In this document: piece by piece, positions 11,228-23,696 of the stretch | How positions within the stretch are numbered: the first letter of the stretch is position 1 | Layout: every line of letters starts with the position of its first letter | Program-made: the position numbers and the translations under genes | DNA from: Octopus bimaculoides | Taxonomy: Eukaryota | Assembly: GCF_001194135.2 (NCBI RefSeq) | Contig: NC_069005.1 | Location: forward strand, 21,947,970-21,987,054 | Reading direction: 5' to 3' | DNA length: 39,085 nucleotides | Notes under the pieces: generated by a model | Database searches by the model: none | What the model was told of the DNA's origin: nothing | The model's input: the letters and a program-made list of their open reading frames with translations, nothing else

Positions 11228-11427
11228 AATATTGGTTTCAAATTTTGGCACAAGGCCAGCAATTTTGGAGTAGGGGTTAAGTCGATTATATCAACCCCAG
11301 TGTTCAACTTGTACGTTATTTTGTCGATCCCGAAAGGACGAAATGCGTAGTCGACCTCGGCGGAACTTGAACTCAGAATGTAGCGACGGTCGAAATGCCG
11401 CTAAGTATCCTGCCACCTCGCTGCCTT
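11228..11427 (-). mobile_element. SINE family A
   Basis: Head with an internal deletion, central block, tail GGCCTTGTGCCAAAATTTGAAACC. Confidence 0.8.
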
Positions 11428-11590
11428 CTATGTTCAGGATAATCTTAATCCTAAGTGTAGTTGACCATGGTAGACCATGGTAGACCTGGGGTTAAATAAT
11501 TACAATAACAATGACAAGAATCGTAGGCAGAATATTGAAGAAAACAGATGCAGCAAGTGTAACAATTATAGTAAAGGATCACCTTATCTC

Positions 11591-11760
11591 GTGGAGGCAT
11601 ATGGCCTAGTGGTTAGAACAGCGGACCCGCGGTCAAGGGAACGTGGGTTCGAATCTCAGACCGGGCGATGTGTGTATTTATGAGCGAAACATCTAACCTC
11701 CACGCGGCTCCGGCAGAAGGTGATGGCGAACTTCTGCTGACTCCTTTGCCACAACTTTCT
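11591..11760 (+). mobile_element. tRNA-derived SINE family C (resembles octopus OR1), 5' half
   Basis: GTGGAGGCATATGGCCTAGTGGTTAG (A box) ... GGGTTCGAATCTC (B box); homologous to 23312-23490. Confidence 0.8.
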
Positions 11761-11764
11761 CCGC

Positions 11765-12285
11765 GTGCATCTCAGATAAGCCCGACTGATTGCACACCCG
11801 TGCCCGTAGAGATTTCTGGAAGTTATCCATAGTCCCTAGCCCGAAAGTCCTTCGGAGGAGACCAGCCAGTTGATGATGCCACCCCCTCCCCGACGCCCAG
11901 GACCTCTCCGAGTACGTAGTCGCTCTTGCCCTCCAAGAATCCCCTATAGAACTCCAAGGTGGAACTTCCACCAACCGCATTGCTCGACTGGCCGAGTGCT
12001 GTGAGCACTTGGAGACACACTAGGTGCCAAGCGCCCTGCCTCGGTCTACGCCTGATCCAGGACTGTAGCTCCGTCAAGGAGACGAGCTGCGGAAAAACGC
12101 ATTCAACAAACGGCGACCGTACCTGTTCACCGTTAAAGTATCGCTGGAGATGTCGCAGCCTCAGTGCATATCTGCGCACCCTCAACCACGGCATACCCAT
12201 TGCTCCACGCAACGGGTGCTGACAGCAAATGGACCGTCTGACAAGCAGTATCTGTCCCTTCCTCAGGAAGCGAAAGAGCAAACAA
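11765..12285 (-). mobile_element. L1/Tx1-clade LINE ORF2 fragment (post-RT region)
   Basis: LFRFLRKGQILLVRRSICCQHPLRGAMGMPWL resembles the L1/Tx1 motif F.W.G....V.R......P...GGLG.P. It continues after a frameshift as QLAGLLRRTFGLGTMDNFQKSL. Confidence 0.75.
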
Positions 12286-12292
12286 TAATATT

Positions 12293-12499
12293 AATAATGG
12301 TTTCAGATTTTGGTACAAGGCCAGGTTCAAGGGAGGGGCTAAGTTGATTATATCAACACGAGTATTCTATTTTATCGACCTCGAAAAGATGAGAGGCAAA
12401 ATGAACCCCGGCAGAATTTGAACTCAGAACGTAAAGACGGACGAAATGCAACTAAACATCTTTCCAGGCGTGCTAAGGATTCTGCCAGCTCACCGTCTT
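12293..12499 (-). mobile_element. SINE family A
   Basis: Head, central block and tail. Confidence 0.8.
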
Positions 12500-12521
12500 A
12501 GTAATAATAATAATAATAATA

Positions 12522-12645
12522 ATCCTTTCTACTATAGGCACAAGACCTGAAATTTGGGGTGAGGAGACCAGTCGATTACATCGACCCATGTTTCATTGGT
12601 ACTTAATTTGTCGACACCGAAAGGATGAAAGGCAAAGTCAACCCA
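12522..12645 (-). mobile_element. SINE family A, 3' half
   Basis: Central block plus tail GTCTTGTGCCTATAGTAGAAAGGA; the head is absent. Confidence 0.8.
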
Positions 12646-13859
12646 GACGCACATATGCACATACAGAGACATGCACATATACACACATGAATACACACAC
12701 ATGCACACACACACACACATGTATAGAGTGCTTGAAGTGGCGTACAGATACTGCATATTAAGAAAATGGAGGCAGTCAGAATTTTGGAGAATTCTTTACT
12801 AACGCTTTCGTTCGTTCAATCAAACTCTTCAAGATATTAATGTACAGAAGATTTCATCCCCCTTTTATGTAAATCGAAAAGGGGGAGTTGTTTTGTTTAA
12901 AAGGGAAATTCTGTTTGGGGGGAAAGCTAGTAAGAGGGGGGATAGGAAGAAGGACAATAAAGAAAGAGAAAGAAAAGCAAAGAAAAGTGGAAGAGAGACA
13001 TAGAGAAAGAGGCTTCTTTTCAATTGTAATTGAATCGATGTGGTTAACCCATTGAAATTTAATTACAATTCAAGTGTTTTCGAAAGCATCTCTTTCTCTC
13101 TCCCTCTTCTTCTCTCTTTATATACATATTAGCATGTTTGTAACTATAACATATATGTGTGTGTGTATGTTGTTTTGTTTTGAATAGGAGAAAGAGAAAA
13201 GAGGTAGGAAGGGAGGAGAGGAGGAGGGAGTAGAGAAGGCGTGTATTTTGGGATACTCTGTGCTAAATGAACTTTTAAGTTGTCAATTTTAGGAAAAAGG
13301 ATAAGAAAGAAAAAGAGAGAAAGAAGAAAAATGAAAGGGAAAGACAGAGAAAGAGAGAAGCTTCTTTTCAATTATATTGTGTCGATGTGATCAACTTGTT
13401 AAAATTTAATTACAATTCAAGATATCATTCTTGATTCAGTTATTGTTTTTGAAAGTCCCTTATCATATACATCTCTTTTACTCTTTTATTCTTTTATTCG
13501 TTTACTTGTTGAAATCACAACCTTACAATTGGGAGCCGATTACCCTCACCACTAAGCCTTCACACCTAATGACCAATTTGTAACGGGCATATTACGGCCG
13601 GAGCTACATACGTCATACACATTGTGAACACTTTACAATCGGAAATAACTCGAGAAGCAGAGGTACCTGCTACCATTACTCCTGATACTATGAATCATAC
13701 AGAAGAGATGTCCCATATTTCGTGTTTCTGAAGAATTAGGAAAGCGATATCCTCTCCAAATATCATGCAGAATGAGTCAGTTATCGAGCGGAAATTGCTT
13801 GGAGGAGGCCATTCTGGAGTAGGTATTTATCCCACGACTTCCTACTAATGTATAACTAA

Positions 13860-14430
13860 TATTAGTCTCCATGAAATATCATTTTCCCGTTACACAGCTA
13901 GATGAGTTGGCGAATACGATAGCGGAGATATATTACCTCAAATCTGCTCCAACCATTAGTAGAGCTACAATACATGCCTTCAATAAAACTTGAAGTGACA
14001 GCGACCAGAGTAGATGCCAACGATTTGAGACAGCATGTTCCTTGGGTTTTTGTCGTCAATATGTAATAGCAGATTCAAACGCAAATATGCTAGTCTCTTT
14101 CGTGTTCGTCACAGGAAAATAGCTCGTCCGCTTTGACGACCATATGTTCGTACCACGCTCGATGCATTAGTACAAGGGATTTTGGTGCACCTATCTTTCA
14201 ACATGTTGTGTTTTATCAGTCAGAAATATCCGAACTAATAAATCTAAACAGGAGACGATGGGCTTGCTTATAATTTCAGCGAATAAATTGTTGGCTGGTC
14301 TGTACTGATATCTACTAACTGCAATTCATTATGCACTATCGGTCGCTTCCTGTTAGATTCATTTGTCCAAGTGTGCTTCTGCCTGACGAGACAGAAGCAT
14401 GTCGGAACACCGGTGTCCCAGATTACCCTG
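13860..14430 (+). mobile_element. Possible highly decayed Penelope-like element (GIY-YIG region) ending in an HHR
   Basis: Broken motifs DILP...SN..Y..C, then LRQHVP, SSAL..DH and FISQKYPN resemble the PLE endonuclease C-terminus. Many stops and frameshifts; the neighbouring HHR motif adds support. Confidence 0.35.
14378..14422 (+). ncRNA. Degenerate type I minimal hammerhead motif
   Basis: UCUGc CUGACGA GAC agaagcau GUC GgAAC ACCGGU GUC cCAGA. Stem II GAC/GUC, palindromic stem III (ACACCGGUGU), GUC triplet, stem I UCUG/CAGA. Two defects: A13 to G, and a C-C mismatch at pair 1.1. Confidence 0.65.
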
Positions 14431-14889
14431 TACAATTGCATAGAGTATGATATGAACTCATAGTTATCGCAAAACAGATGCTGTTCTCCTGTGACCGAAC
14501 CTAACAGCAGTTAGCATATTTGCGACCCAATATGCATGAAAATATTAAGAATAAATATGCAAGTAATATGTGTGTGTATATGTATCATACATACATATAT
14601 ATATTATATATATTCCACGTGTATAATCATGTATATGTTTATGCATTATATATATAGATAGATTGATAGATACATAGATAAACATAAACAGACACACAGG
14701 ACAACCCTACTCAAACACACAAACATGCACACACGCGCGTTCACTCGAGTGCGCGCGCAAGCACATTGAATATGATCCGAGTTGAATGCAGCCCGGGGAA
14801 AGATAGGGACGGGAAAAGCTGTTATGAAGTTAATTATAGTTTTCCTGGATTAGTACTGAAGTGTACCTAAAATCAGCAACAAAAATCTT

Positions 14890-15123
14890 TTTTTCTCTCT
14901 CTCTCTCTCTTGCTCTTTCTCGGTCACTCTCTCTCTCTCTCTCTCTCTCACTCTCTTTATCTCTCTCTCTCTATCACTTTTCCCTTCTCTCTGTATATGT
15001 ATGCATACATGTTCTAACATATACGTATATATGTAATGTCTATAAAATCAACATATTCAATATGAATCTTAAGAACTGTTTGTGTGTGTGCGTGCGTATG
15101 CATATGTATACACATATATATAT

Positions 15124-15174
<51 letters not shown>

Positions 15175-15238
15175 CATATGTATGTATGTATATACATATG
15201 CACATATATATATGCATATATATATTTATATATATGTA

Positions 15239-15283
<45 letters not shown>

Positions 15284-16286
15284 NNNNNNNNNNNNNNNNN
15301 NNNNNNNNNNNNNNNNNNNNNNNNNNNNNNNNNNNNNNNNNNNNNNNNNNNNNNNNNNNNNNNNNNNNNNNNNNNNNNNNNNNNNNNNNNNNNNNNNNNN
15401 NNNNNNNNNNNNNNNNNNNNNNNNNNNNNNNNNNNNNNNNNNNNNNNNNNNNNNNNNNNNNNNNNNNNNNNNNNNNNNNNNNNNNNNNNNNNNNNNNNNN
15501 NNNNNNNNNNNNNNNNNNNNNNNNNNNNNNNNNNNNNNNNNNNNNNNNNNNNNNNNNNNNNNNNNNNNNNNNNNNNNNNNNNNNNNNNNNNNNNNNNNNN
15601 NNNNNNNNNNNNNNNNNNNNNNNNNNNNNNNNNNNNNNNNNNNNNNNNNNNNNNNNNNNNNNNNNNNNNNNNNNNNNNNNNNNNNNNNNNNNNNNNNNNN
15701 NNNNNNNNNNNNNNNNNNATAAACGCATATATCTTTCCCCTCCTCCTCCTCCTCCTCCTCCTCCTTCCCTTCTTCTTCTTCTTCTTCTTCTTCTTCTTCT
15801 TCTTCTTCTTCTCCTCCCCTCTACATTCTGCATTCGTACACTCGCACTCACCAACCACAACACACTGTATTTCTGTGTTTATCGATCGATTACTTTTTTC
15901 TTTTTTTCCCCCCTTGTGTGCACAGACGCACATGCTGGCTTTCATTCTTGCTCCAAAGTATTGCTCTTTCTAGGTGCATGGCACATAAATATGTGTAGTA
16001 TGTTTGTGTGTGTATGCATGTATGTATATGTAATATACAAATGTATGTATTTATGCATGTTTAAGTATATGTACGTCCATATAGATTTGTGCGGATATAT
16101 TTAATGTGAAAATGTCTTCTGCATGTGTTTGTGTGTACACTTGTGTATTTGTATATGCATAAATATTCTTTTATTCTTGATGTTATGTTCCTAGAATCTG
16201 CTGAGTTGACCAAATTTATTGATTATCAAATAATTCTGTCCAAAACTACTGAACTGGTTTACCTATCTCTCAATACATAAACATAT

Positions 16287-16365
<79 letters not shown>

Positions 16366-16366
16366 C

Positions 16367-16397
<31 letters not shown>

Positions 16398-16601
16398 ATA
16401 TATATATATGTGTGTGTGTGTGTATTATAATATACATATATTATGTGTATAATATTGTATGATATATATATATATATATATTTATATATACGTATGTGTA
16501 TATATATACACATATATATAAATATGTAAAATAATATATATATCATATTATATTTATTATATATTATATTATATATAATATTGTATGTTATATATATAAT
16601 A

Positions 16602-16654
<53 letters not shown>
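14890..16654. repeat. Microsatellite block: (CT)n, (TA)n, (CA)n, (CCT)n/(CTT)n
   Basis: Read directly from the sequence. Confidence 0.9.
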
Positions 16655-17039
16655 NNNNNNNNNNNNNNNNNNNNNNNNNNNNNNNNNNNNNNNNNNNNNN
16701 NNNNNNNNNNNNNNNNNNNNNNNNNNNNNNNNNNNNNNNNNNNNNNNNNNNNNNNNNNNNNNNNNNNNNNNNNNNNNNNNNNNNNNNNNNNNNNNNNNNN
16801 NNNNNNNNNNNNNNNNNNNNNNNNNNNNNNNNNNNNNNNNNNNNNNNNNNNNNNNNNNNNNNNNNNNNNNNNNNNNNNNNNNNNACAAACACAGAGTGAG
16901 AGACGGAGAGAGATGGATAGGAAGAGTTCTCATCACTTTAGTTCAATTTTCGTCAAAATAATTAATTGATAATTTTTTTATAATTTGGTTAACTCAGCAG
17001 ATTCTAACAAGCAACATATTTTGGCAGAAATAATAGGAA

Positions 17040-17300
17040 ATACATGTGAAACGCGCGCAAGAGAGAGAGAGAAAGAGGGAAACGAGAGAGAGAGAGAATG
17101 TGTGTGTGTGTGTGTGTGTGTGTGGAAAGGGACATAGTCGAGAACGCGGACGTGGAACGGCGTGGATTGGATTGATTTGCACCGACATAGTTTCGAATAA
17201 ATTGCAAAAGAATCGACGAAAGGAAGTGCAGAAGATCACAATTAAAAATGGCGGCTGTGAAAAACAAGGCAACAACAATTGGTCAGATGAAAAAAAGTAA
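17040..17300 (+). promoter_or_regulatory. Candidate CpG-rich promoter or first exon
   Basis: Local CpG enrichment; ETS-like GGAAGTG at 17222-17228; AAAATGGCGGC (YY1-like, or an ATG in good context) at 17245-17255; possible donor GTAAAT at 17297. The putative exon 17248-17296 reads MAAVKNKATTIGQMKK. No homolog recognised. Confidence 0.3.
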
Positions 17301-19809
17301 ATAAATAAAAAAAATAAGCGTTTTTCACATCGCTGAACAATTTTTTATGGTTACTTACAACTAGGATTCTCGTTATTATTATTATTATCATCATCATCTT
17401 CATCGTCGTCGTCGTCGTCATCATCATCATCATCATCATCCTCTACGTACGTACAATTTGAACCAATTAAATACTTCAGTTTTCCAGGTCATCTACTTAT
17501 TGTTTTCTTTGTTTATTTATGTGTGAGTTGAGTGAGTGAGTGCGCGCGTGCGGGTGTATATGCGTGTGTGTATATGCACGCGTGTGTGTGCGTACGTGCG
17601 TGCGTGGTATTGTGTGTGTGTGTATTTGTGGGTTGATTTAGTGTCGTCGTGGCGGGGATGGTGGCGTGTTTAGTGGTTTTTCTGTGTATTTGTTAACGAA
17701 TTTCTGTTTAGTTTATGTTGAATGTGTGTATGTGTGCGTGTGTGCGTGTGTGTATGTGGGTGTGTATGTGTGTGTGTGTGTGTGCGTGTGTGTGTGTGTG
17801 TGTGTTTACGTTTTGTTGTTTTATTTTTCACCGACCGGAGAAAGTATTCACCAGATGATATAAACACACACGCACACACACATTTAGACACACACGCGCA
17901 CATACAGACACGCACACACACATCCGCATACATGCACACGCACACATACACATACACACGCACGCACAAGCAGCCACACACTTACACAGACACAAGCACA
18001 CGTGTGTGTATTTATCTGTGTATATATGCATACCCGTGTATATATTTGTATGTATAATGTTAGTGTATGTTTGCATGATTTCGTAAATATTTATATAGTT
18101 TGCTGTCTCTACATCGATATGACAATATATCGATCTTTATAGACCTATATGAAGATATAGTTATCTATATATTGATCAACTTGTTTTCAGTTCATCCAGC
18201 CAGCCACTGTTAGCCATCCAGTCAGCTAAACCATTCACACACACACACGCGCGCGCGCACACACATATATGTGTATATGTATATATANNNNNNNNNNNNN
18301 NNNNNNNNNNNNNNNNNNNNNNNNNNNNNNNNNNNNNNNNNNNNNNNNNNNNNNNNNNNNNNNNNNNNNNNNNNNNNNNNNNNNNNNNNNNNNNNNNNNN
18401 NNNNNNNNNNNNNNNNNNNNNNNNNNNNNNNNNNNNNNNNNNNNNNNNNNNNNNNNNNNNNNNNNNNNNNNNNNNNNNNNNNNNNNNNNNNNNNNNNNNN
18501 NNNNNNNNNNNNNNNNNNNNNNNNNNNNNNNNNNNNNNNNNNNNNNNNNNNNNNNNNNNNNNNNNNNNNNNNNNNNNNNNNNNNNNNNNNNNNNNNNNNN
18601 NNNNNNNNNNNNNNNNNNNNNNNNNNNNNNNNNNNNNNNNNNNNNNNNNNNNNNNNNNNNNNNNNNNNNNNNNNNNNNNNNNNNNNNNNNNNNNNNNNNN
18701 NNNNNNNNNNNNNNNNNNNNNNNNNNNNNNNNNNNNNNNNNNNNNNNNNNNNNNNNNNNNNNNNNNNNNNNNNNNNNNNNNNNNNNNNNNNNNNNNNNNN
18801 NNNNNNNNNNNNNNNNNNNNNNNNNNNNNNNNNNNNNNNNNNNNNNNNNNNNNNNNNNNNNNNNNNNNNNNNNNNNNNNNNNNNNNNNNNNNNNNNNNNN
18901 NNNNNNNNNNNNNNNNNNNNNNNNNNNNNNNNNNNNNNNNNNNNNNNNNNNNNNNNNNNNNNNNNNNNNNNNNNNNNNNNNNNNNNNNNNNNNNNNNNNN
19001 NNNNNNNNNNNNNNNNNNNNNNNNNNNNNNNNNNNNNNNNNNNNNNNNNNNNNNNNNNNNNNNNNNNNNNNNNNNNNNNNNNNNNNNNNNNNNNNNNNNN
19101 NNNNNNNNNNNNNNNNNNNNNNNNNNNNNNNNNNNNNNNNNNNNNNNNNNNNNNNNATATATATATATATATATAACTACGTAAATATACTCGTAAATTA
19201 TAAATAAAACATAAATGTACTTGTAAATTATATATGAAATATATAAATATATATGTAGTGCGAGTGTGATAGAGAACAACATTATTTTGTAATAATATAC
19301 CAAATACGCGACTACAAAGTTTAAACTGTTTAATTCATGAGTTTTCTTATTTCTCTATTAGTTCTATATGTTTAGTTTGCAATAAAACCGTTCTCAACTC
19401 CATTTGTCCATTAACAGTTCAAAATATTCTTGATTTCATCAGATTGAAATTATAGAAATAATGGCGGACAGCTCGTGCGCTTTGCTGTAGGTCTCAAAGG
19501 ATCATGTTGATGCTGTTATAACTGATAAAGTCATCAACACCGGTTTTGAAATTACTCAGCTGCTAAATCCTGTCAGATCTCATGATTTATTTCACATTTG
19601 TTGTACACCTGTGTCGAGTTTTGATTTGTATTTTGCTTTTAGTAAAACCTCTGTATTTATATGTATGTGTGTGTGTGTGTGTGTGAATACACGCGCACAC
19701 ACATATAAATATATACATATATATTATGTGTATATGTAGGTATGTGTGCGTGAATGTATGTATATATATATATATATATATAAAATGTTACACATACACT
19801 CACACACAT

Positions 19810-19840
<31 letters not shown>

Positions 19841-19868
19841 ATTTACATATGCAAATTATGTATACATA

Positions 19869-19928
<60 letters not shown>

Positions 19929-20074
19929 CAAATTCAAGAACAAAATTAAAATCAATTTTCCTATAGTAGAAAGGATTATTGAATCGAGTACGGTTTCTAA
20001 GGGTTGCCTTATTGCTACCAGGTACGTTGGGGTGGGGTTCAGGGGAATAGTTCGCAGGGTCTACCGTCAGGCGG

Positions 20075-20265
20075 TGAAGTTTGCGTCTATTAGAGGGGGC
20101 AATTATGGGGCCTAAATTAGGCATGGAGGAGTAGGAGATTTTAATAAAAGATTTGTTAAAGAGACGGTAATATTTATGTTGTGGTGGGAAATTGGAGTTT
20201 AGAACTTTAAAGAAAAGCTTAGATAGGGATTTAACTTGAAAGGAAAAAGGTGGTGCAAACCACAA
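20075..20265 (-). mobile_element. Penelope-like element fragment (linker between RT and GIY-YIG)
   Basis: WFAPPFSFQVKSLSKLFFKVLNSNFPPQHKYYRLFNKSFIKISYSSMPNLGPII matches the PLE pattern WFNPPFS...F..L....FP..H.....FN...IKISYSCMPN...II. Confidence 0.8.
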
Positions 20266-21867
20266 GGGATTATATATATATATGTCACTGTATCGATCAG
20301 ACTATCAGATGTTGTTATACATTGCTGCTCACAGTGCGCTTGCAATTCTTTCTTGATTGCGCCATTTTTTCCATCTTGATCCAAATCGTGTAATGACCTT
20401 AAGACTTGATCCGGTTGTTGTGTCAAGGCCGTTATATCGTGTCGTTATGATGGAGTTGACTGTGACGTGGAAAATGAGGATGATGAGAAGAGAGAGAGAG
20501 AGAGAGGAATAGGAGGTAGAGAGAAACTAGGAGACAGGTAGAAAGGAGGGAGCCTATGCAGTGTTAGTAGAAGAATGCAAATGAAATGGAAGTGAGGAAG
20601 AGCTGTGGGCGGTAGGAATCGGGTGCAAGGGTTTTGTAGGGCTCTCTGTTACAAAGTGGATTCAGGCTTTTAGTGTAGTTGGACGTCAGGTGAAAGGATG
20701 GTTGAGGCTGATTTGTTAGCAGAGAATTCGGCAAGCAGCACCGGAGGAAGTACTTATCAAACACGAATTTGGCCATTGTCACTCTGTAACTTCTGTCTAT
20801 TATTAATGTGTGTGTGTGTGTGTGTATATATATNNNNNNNNNNNNNNNNNNNNNNNNNNNNNNNNNNNNNNNNNNNNNNNNNNNNNNNNNNNNNNNNNNN
20901 NNNNNNNNNNNNNNNNNNNNNNNNNNNNNNNNNNNNNNNNNNNNNNNNNNNNNNNNNNNNNNNNNNNNNNNNNNNNNNNNNNNNNNNNNNNNNNNNNNNN
21001 NNNNNNNNNNNNNNNNNNNNNNNNNNNNNNNNNNNNNNNNNNNNNNNNNNNNNNNNNNNNNNNNNNNNNNNNNNNNNNNNNNNNNNNNNNNNNNNNNNNN
21101 NNNNNNNNNNNNNNNNNNNNNNNNNNNNNNNNNNNNNNNNNNNNNNNNNNNNNNNNNNNNNNNNNNNNNNNNNNNNNNNNNNNNNNNNNNNNNNNNNNNN
21201 NNNNNNNNNNNNNNNNNNNNNNNNNNNNNNNNNNNNNNNNNNNNNNNNNNNNNNNNNNNNNNNNNNNNNNNNNNNNNNNNNNNNNNNNNNNNNNNNNNNN
21301 NNNNNNNNNNNNNNNNNNNNNNNNNNNNNNNNNNNNNNNNNNNNNNNNNNNNNNNNNNNNNNNNNNNNNNNNNNNNNNNNNNNNNNNNNNNNNNNNNNNN
21401 NNNNNNNNNNNNNNNNNNNNNNNNNNNNNNNNNNNNNNNNNNNNNNNNNNNNNNNNNNNNNNNNNNNNNNNNNNNNNNNNNNNNNNNNNNNNNNNNNNNN
21501 NNNNNNNNNNNNNNNNNNNNNNNNNNNNNNNNNNNNNNNNNNNNNNNNNNNNNNNNNNNNNNNNNNNNNNNNNNNNNNNNNNNNNNNNNNNNNNNNNNNN
21601 NNNNNNNNNNNNNNNNNNNNNNNNNNNNNNNNNNNNNNNNNNNNNNNNNNNNNNNNNNNNNNNNNNNNNNNNNNNNNNNNNNNNNNNNNNNNTTTGTCAA
21701 AAACGTTAAGAGTAAACCCTGTTCTACGTGACACATTCTACCAGTATCCGAAGTTTCAAAGTGTTTAGTTTTAAAAAAATGAATTAAAAAAATCTGTGCA
21801 TGAGATGGAACAGATCCCAATTTTGCCAGCTCACCACCTTCTCCCGCTGTTGGTATATTTATTGAAT

Positions 21868-22088
21868 AAGGCGCGAGCTGACAGAATCGTTAGCACGCCG
21901 GGCAAAATGCTTAGTGGTATTTCGTCTGCCGTTATGTTATGAGTTCAAATTCCGCCGAGGTCGACTTTGCTTTTCATCCTTTTGGGGTCGATAAATTAAG
22001 TACCAGTGAAGCACTGGCGTCGATGTAATCGACTTAATTTCCATCCCCTAAGTTTGAAGCATTTTGCTTCCAGTAGAAAGGATATTAT
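21868..22088 (+). mobile_element. SINE family A, near full length
   Basis: Head, B box GAGTTCAAATTCC, central block, tail ..CAGTAGAAAGGATATT. Confidence 0.85.
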
Positions 22089-23311
22089 GTTTATTGAATA
22101 CCATGTTAAATTATCAACTTTATCTGGTATACTACAGGCAAAGAGTAAAAGGAACAGAAACAAAAACAGCGCTCATTTGACCGTGTGAGAAGGAGAGGAA
22201 ATACCTATGACTGGTGCAGGTCGTCTTGTCACAGTAGTGAGATTAACGTGGTTGATAATCTTTAGTTTGAACTTCTGTAGGTTTGAGTTGTATTTGTCTA
22301 GTAAGTGGCTTGAACTGAGACCATGGGCTAGAACCGTTATATTTGGAGGAGCTCCTTTAGTCACTTGAAAACGCACAATAGTTGCAAACTGGTTTCTGAC
22401 AAAAATCCACTGCAGTGGAAGTGTGTCAGTGATCAGATCGCAGCGGTATGACGAAAATATTGACACGTGATGATATCAATGGAAAATGAACGTACCAGTT
22501 TTTGTAAGTTGTTATATGAACTAAAATGGTCCGTTCTATAGCATAATTGCTTTTGGATGTCATTTTCGTTTAGGAAAAACATTAGGCGAGCAAAGTTTAC
22601 ATGATTTTCTAGAATTAAGGACTGGACTAAGATTATGCGGACGGAGTTTGGAAGGTGAGGAAAGAGAGAAGGTGAAGGAATCAGAAGAGCTGTAGGATGG
22701 GAGGAGGGGGAGTCGAGTCGGCCCACATAGAGAGCCGCATGAAATAAAGGTTTTTTTTTTTTAAGTAGTTGTATAACCTCACTGCTTTGCTTTTTTAATT
22801 AATTTTCTTAGCTTTCCTTTTTAGTAGTTTCAGTTTCTTCAACTAAATAAATTTTTCTCACGATTCCCTTTCGTTGCAATTCTAACGAAAATAGCATAAA
22901 ATATAAAAACAAGAATTATTTGTCGAATATTAAGGAATTATAAAAGAAAAATTACAAACGTCTTTGGCAAGACATTTTCATTGTCTTGCCAATGTTAAGT
23001 GGTGCTTTAAACATTTTTTTTCTCTCTTCTCGTTATCATTTCTATTTTACCCACACTAAGAAACATCAGCTTAGAATAAAAAATGAAAAAAAAAAAANNN
23101 NNNNNNNGTTCAGTTTTTTTTTTTTTTGATTCGGGTATTATTACAATGACATTTGCTAATGTAACCAAGTGCAACGAGTCCACAAAATTGTTTCGAGTTC
23201 AAGTTGGAGTTAATTTCAACCGTCATAAATCATCGCCGTGATTGCATGTATGTCTATGTAACTCTTCAACCTTCATATTTTGATGGTTGTTACTGCTATA
23301 TCTATTTAACA

Positions 23312-23696
23312 GTGGAGGCGCAATGGCCCAGTGGTTAGGGCAGCGGACTCGCGGTCATAGGATCGCGGTTTCGATTCCCAGACCGGGCGTTGTGAGTGTT
23401 TATTGAGCGAAAACACCTAATGCTCCACGAGGCTCCGGCAAGGGATGGTGGCGAACCCTGTTGTACTCTTTCACCACAATTTTCCCTCACTCTTACTTCC
23501 TGTTTCTGTTGTGCCTGTAATTCAAAGGGCCAGTCTTGTCACACTGTTTCACGCTGAATATCCCCGAGAACTACGTTGAGGGTACACGTGTCTGTGGAGT
23601 GCTCAGCCACTTGCACGTTAATTTCACGAGCAGGCTGTTCCGTTGATCGGATCAATTGGAACCTTCGTCGTCGCAAGCGACGGAGTGCCAACAACA
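23312..23696 (+). mobile_element. Full-length SINE family C with a 12-bp target-site duplication
   Basis: A box TGGCCCAGTGG, B box GGTTTCGATTCC, tail ending GACGGAGTGCCAACAACA. TSD ATCTATTTAACA at 23300-23311 and 23697-23708. Confidence 0.9.

Noticed and set aside
11591-11665. Possible tRNA genes (also 23312-23385 and 37070-37144)
   Set aside because: They have A and B boxes but no complete cloverleaf, and they continue into SINE bodies.
11823-12281. 152-aa GC-rich ORF as a host gene
   Set aside because: It matches the L1/Tx1 ORF2 post-RT region and is frameshifted.
19460-19492. ATAATGGCGGAC, a start-like or YY1-like motif
   Set aside because: The frame stops after 9 codons and there is no other support.
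22750-22775. T-run plus AAGTAGTTGTAT matching the start of the 352-bp unit
   Set aside because: Only about 12 informative nt match and the similarity does not continue.
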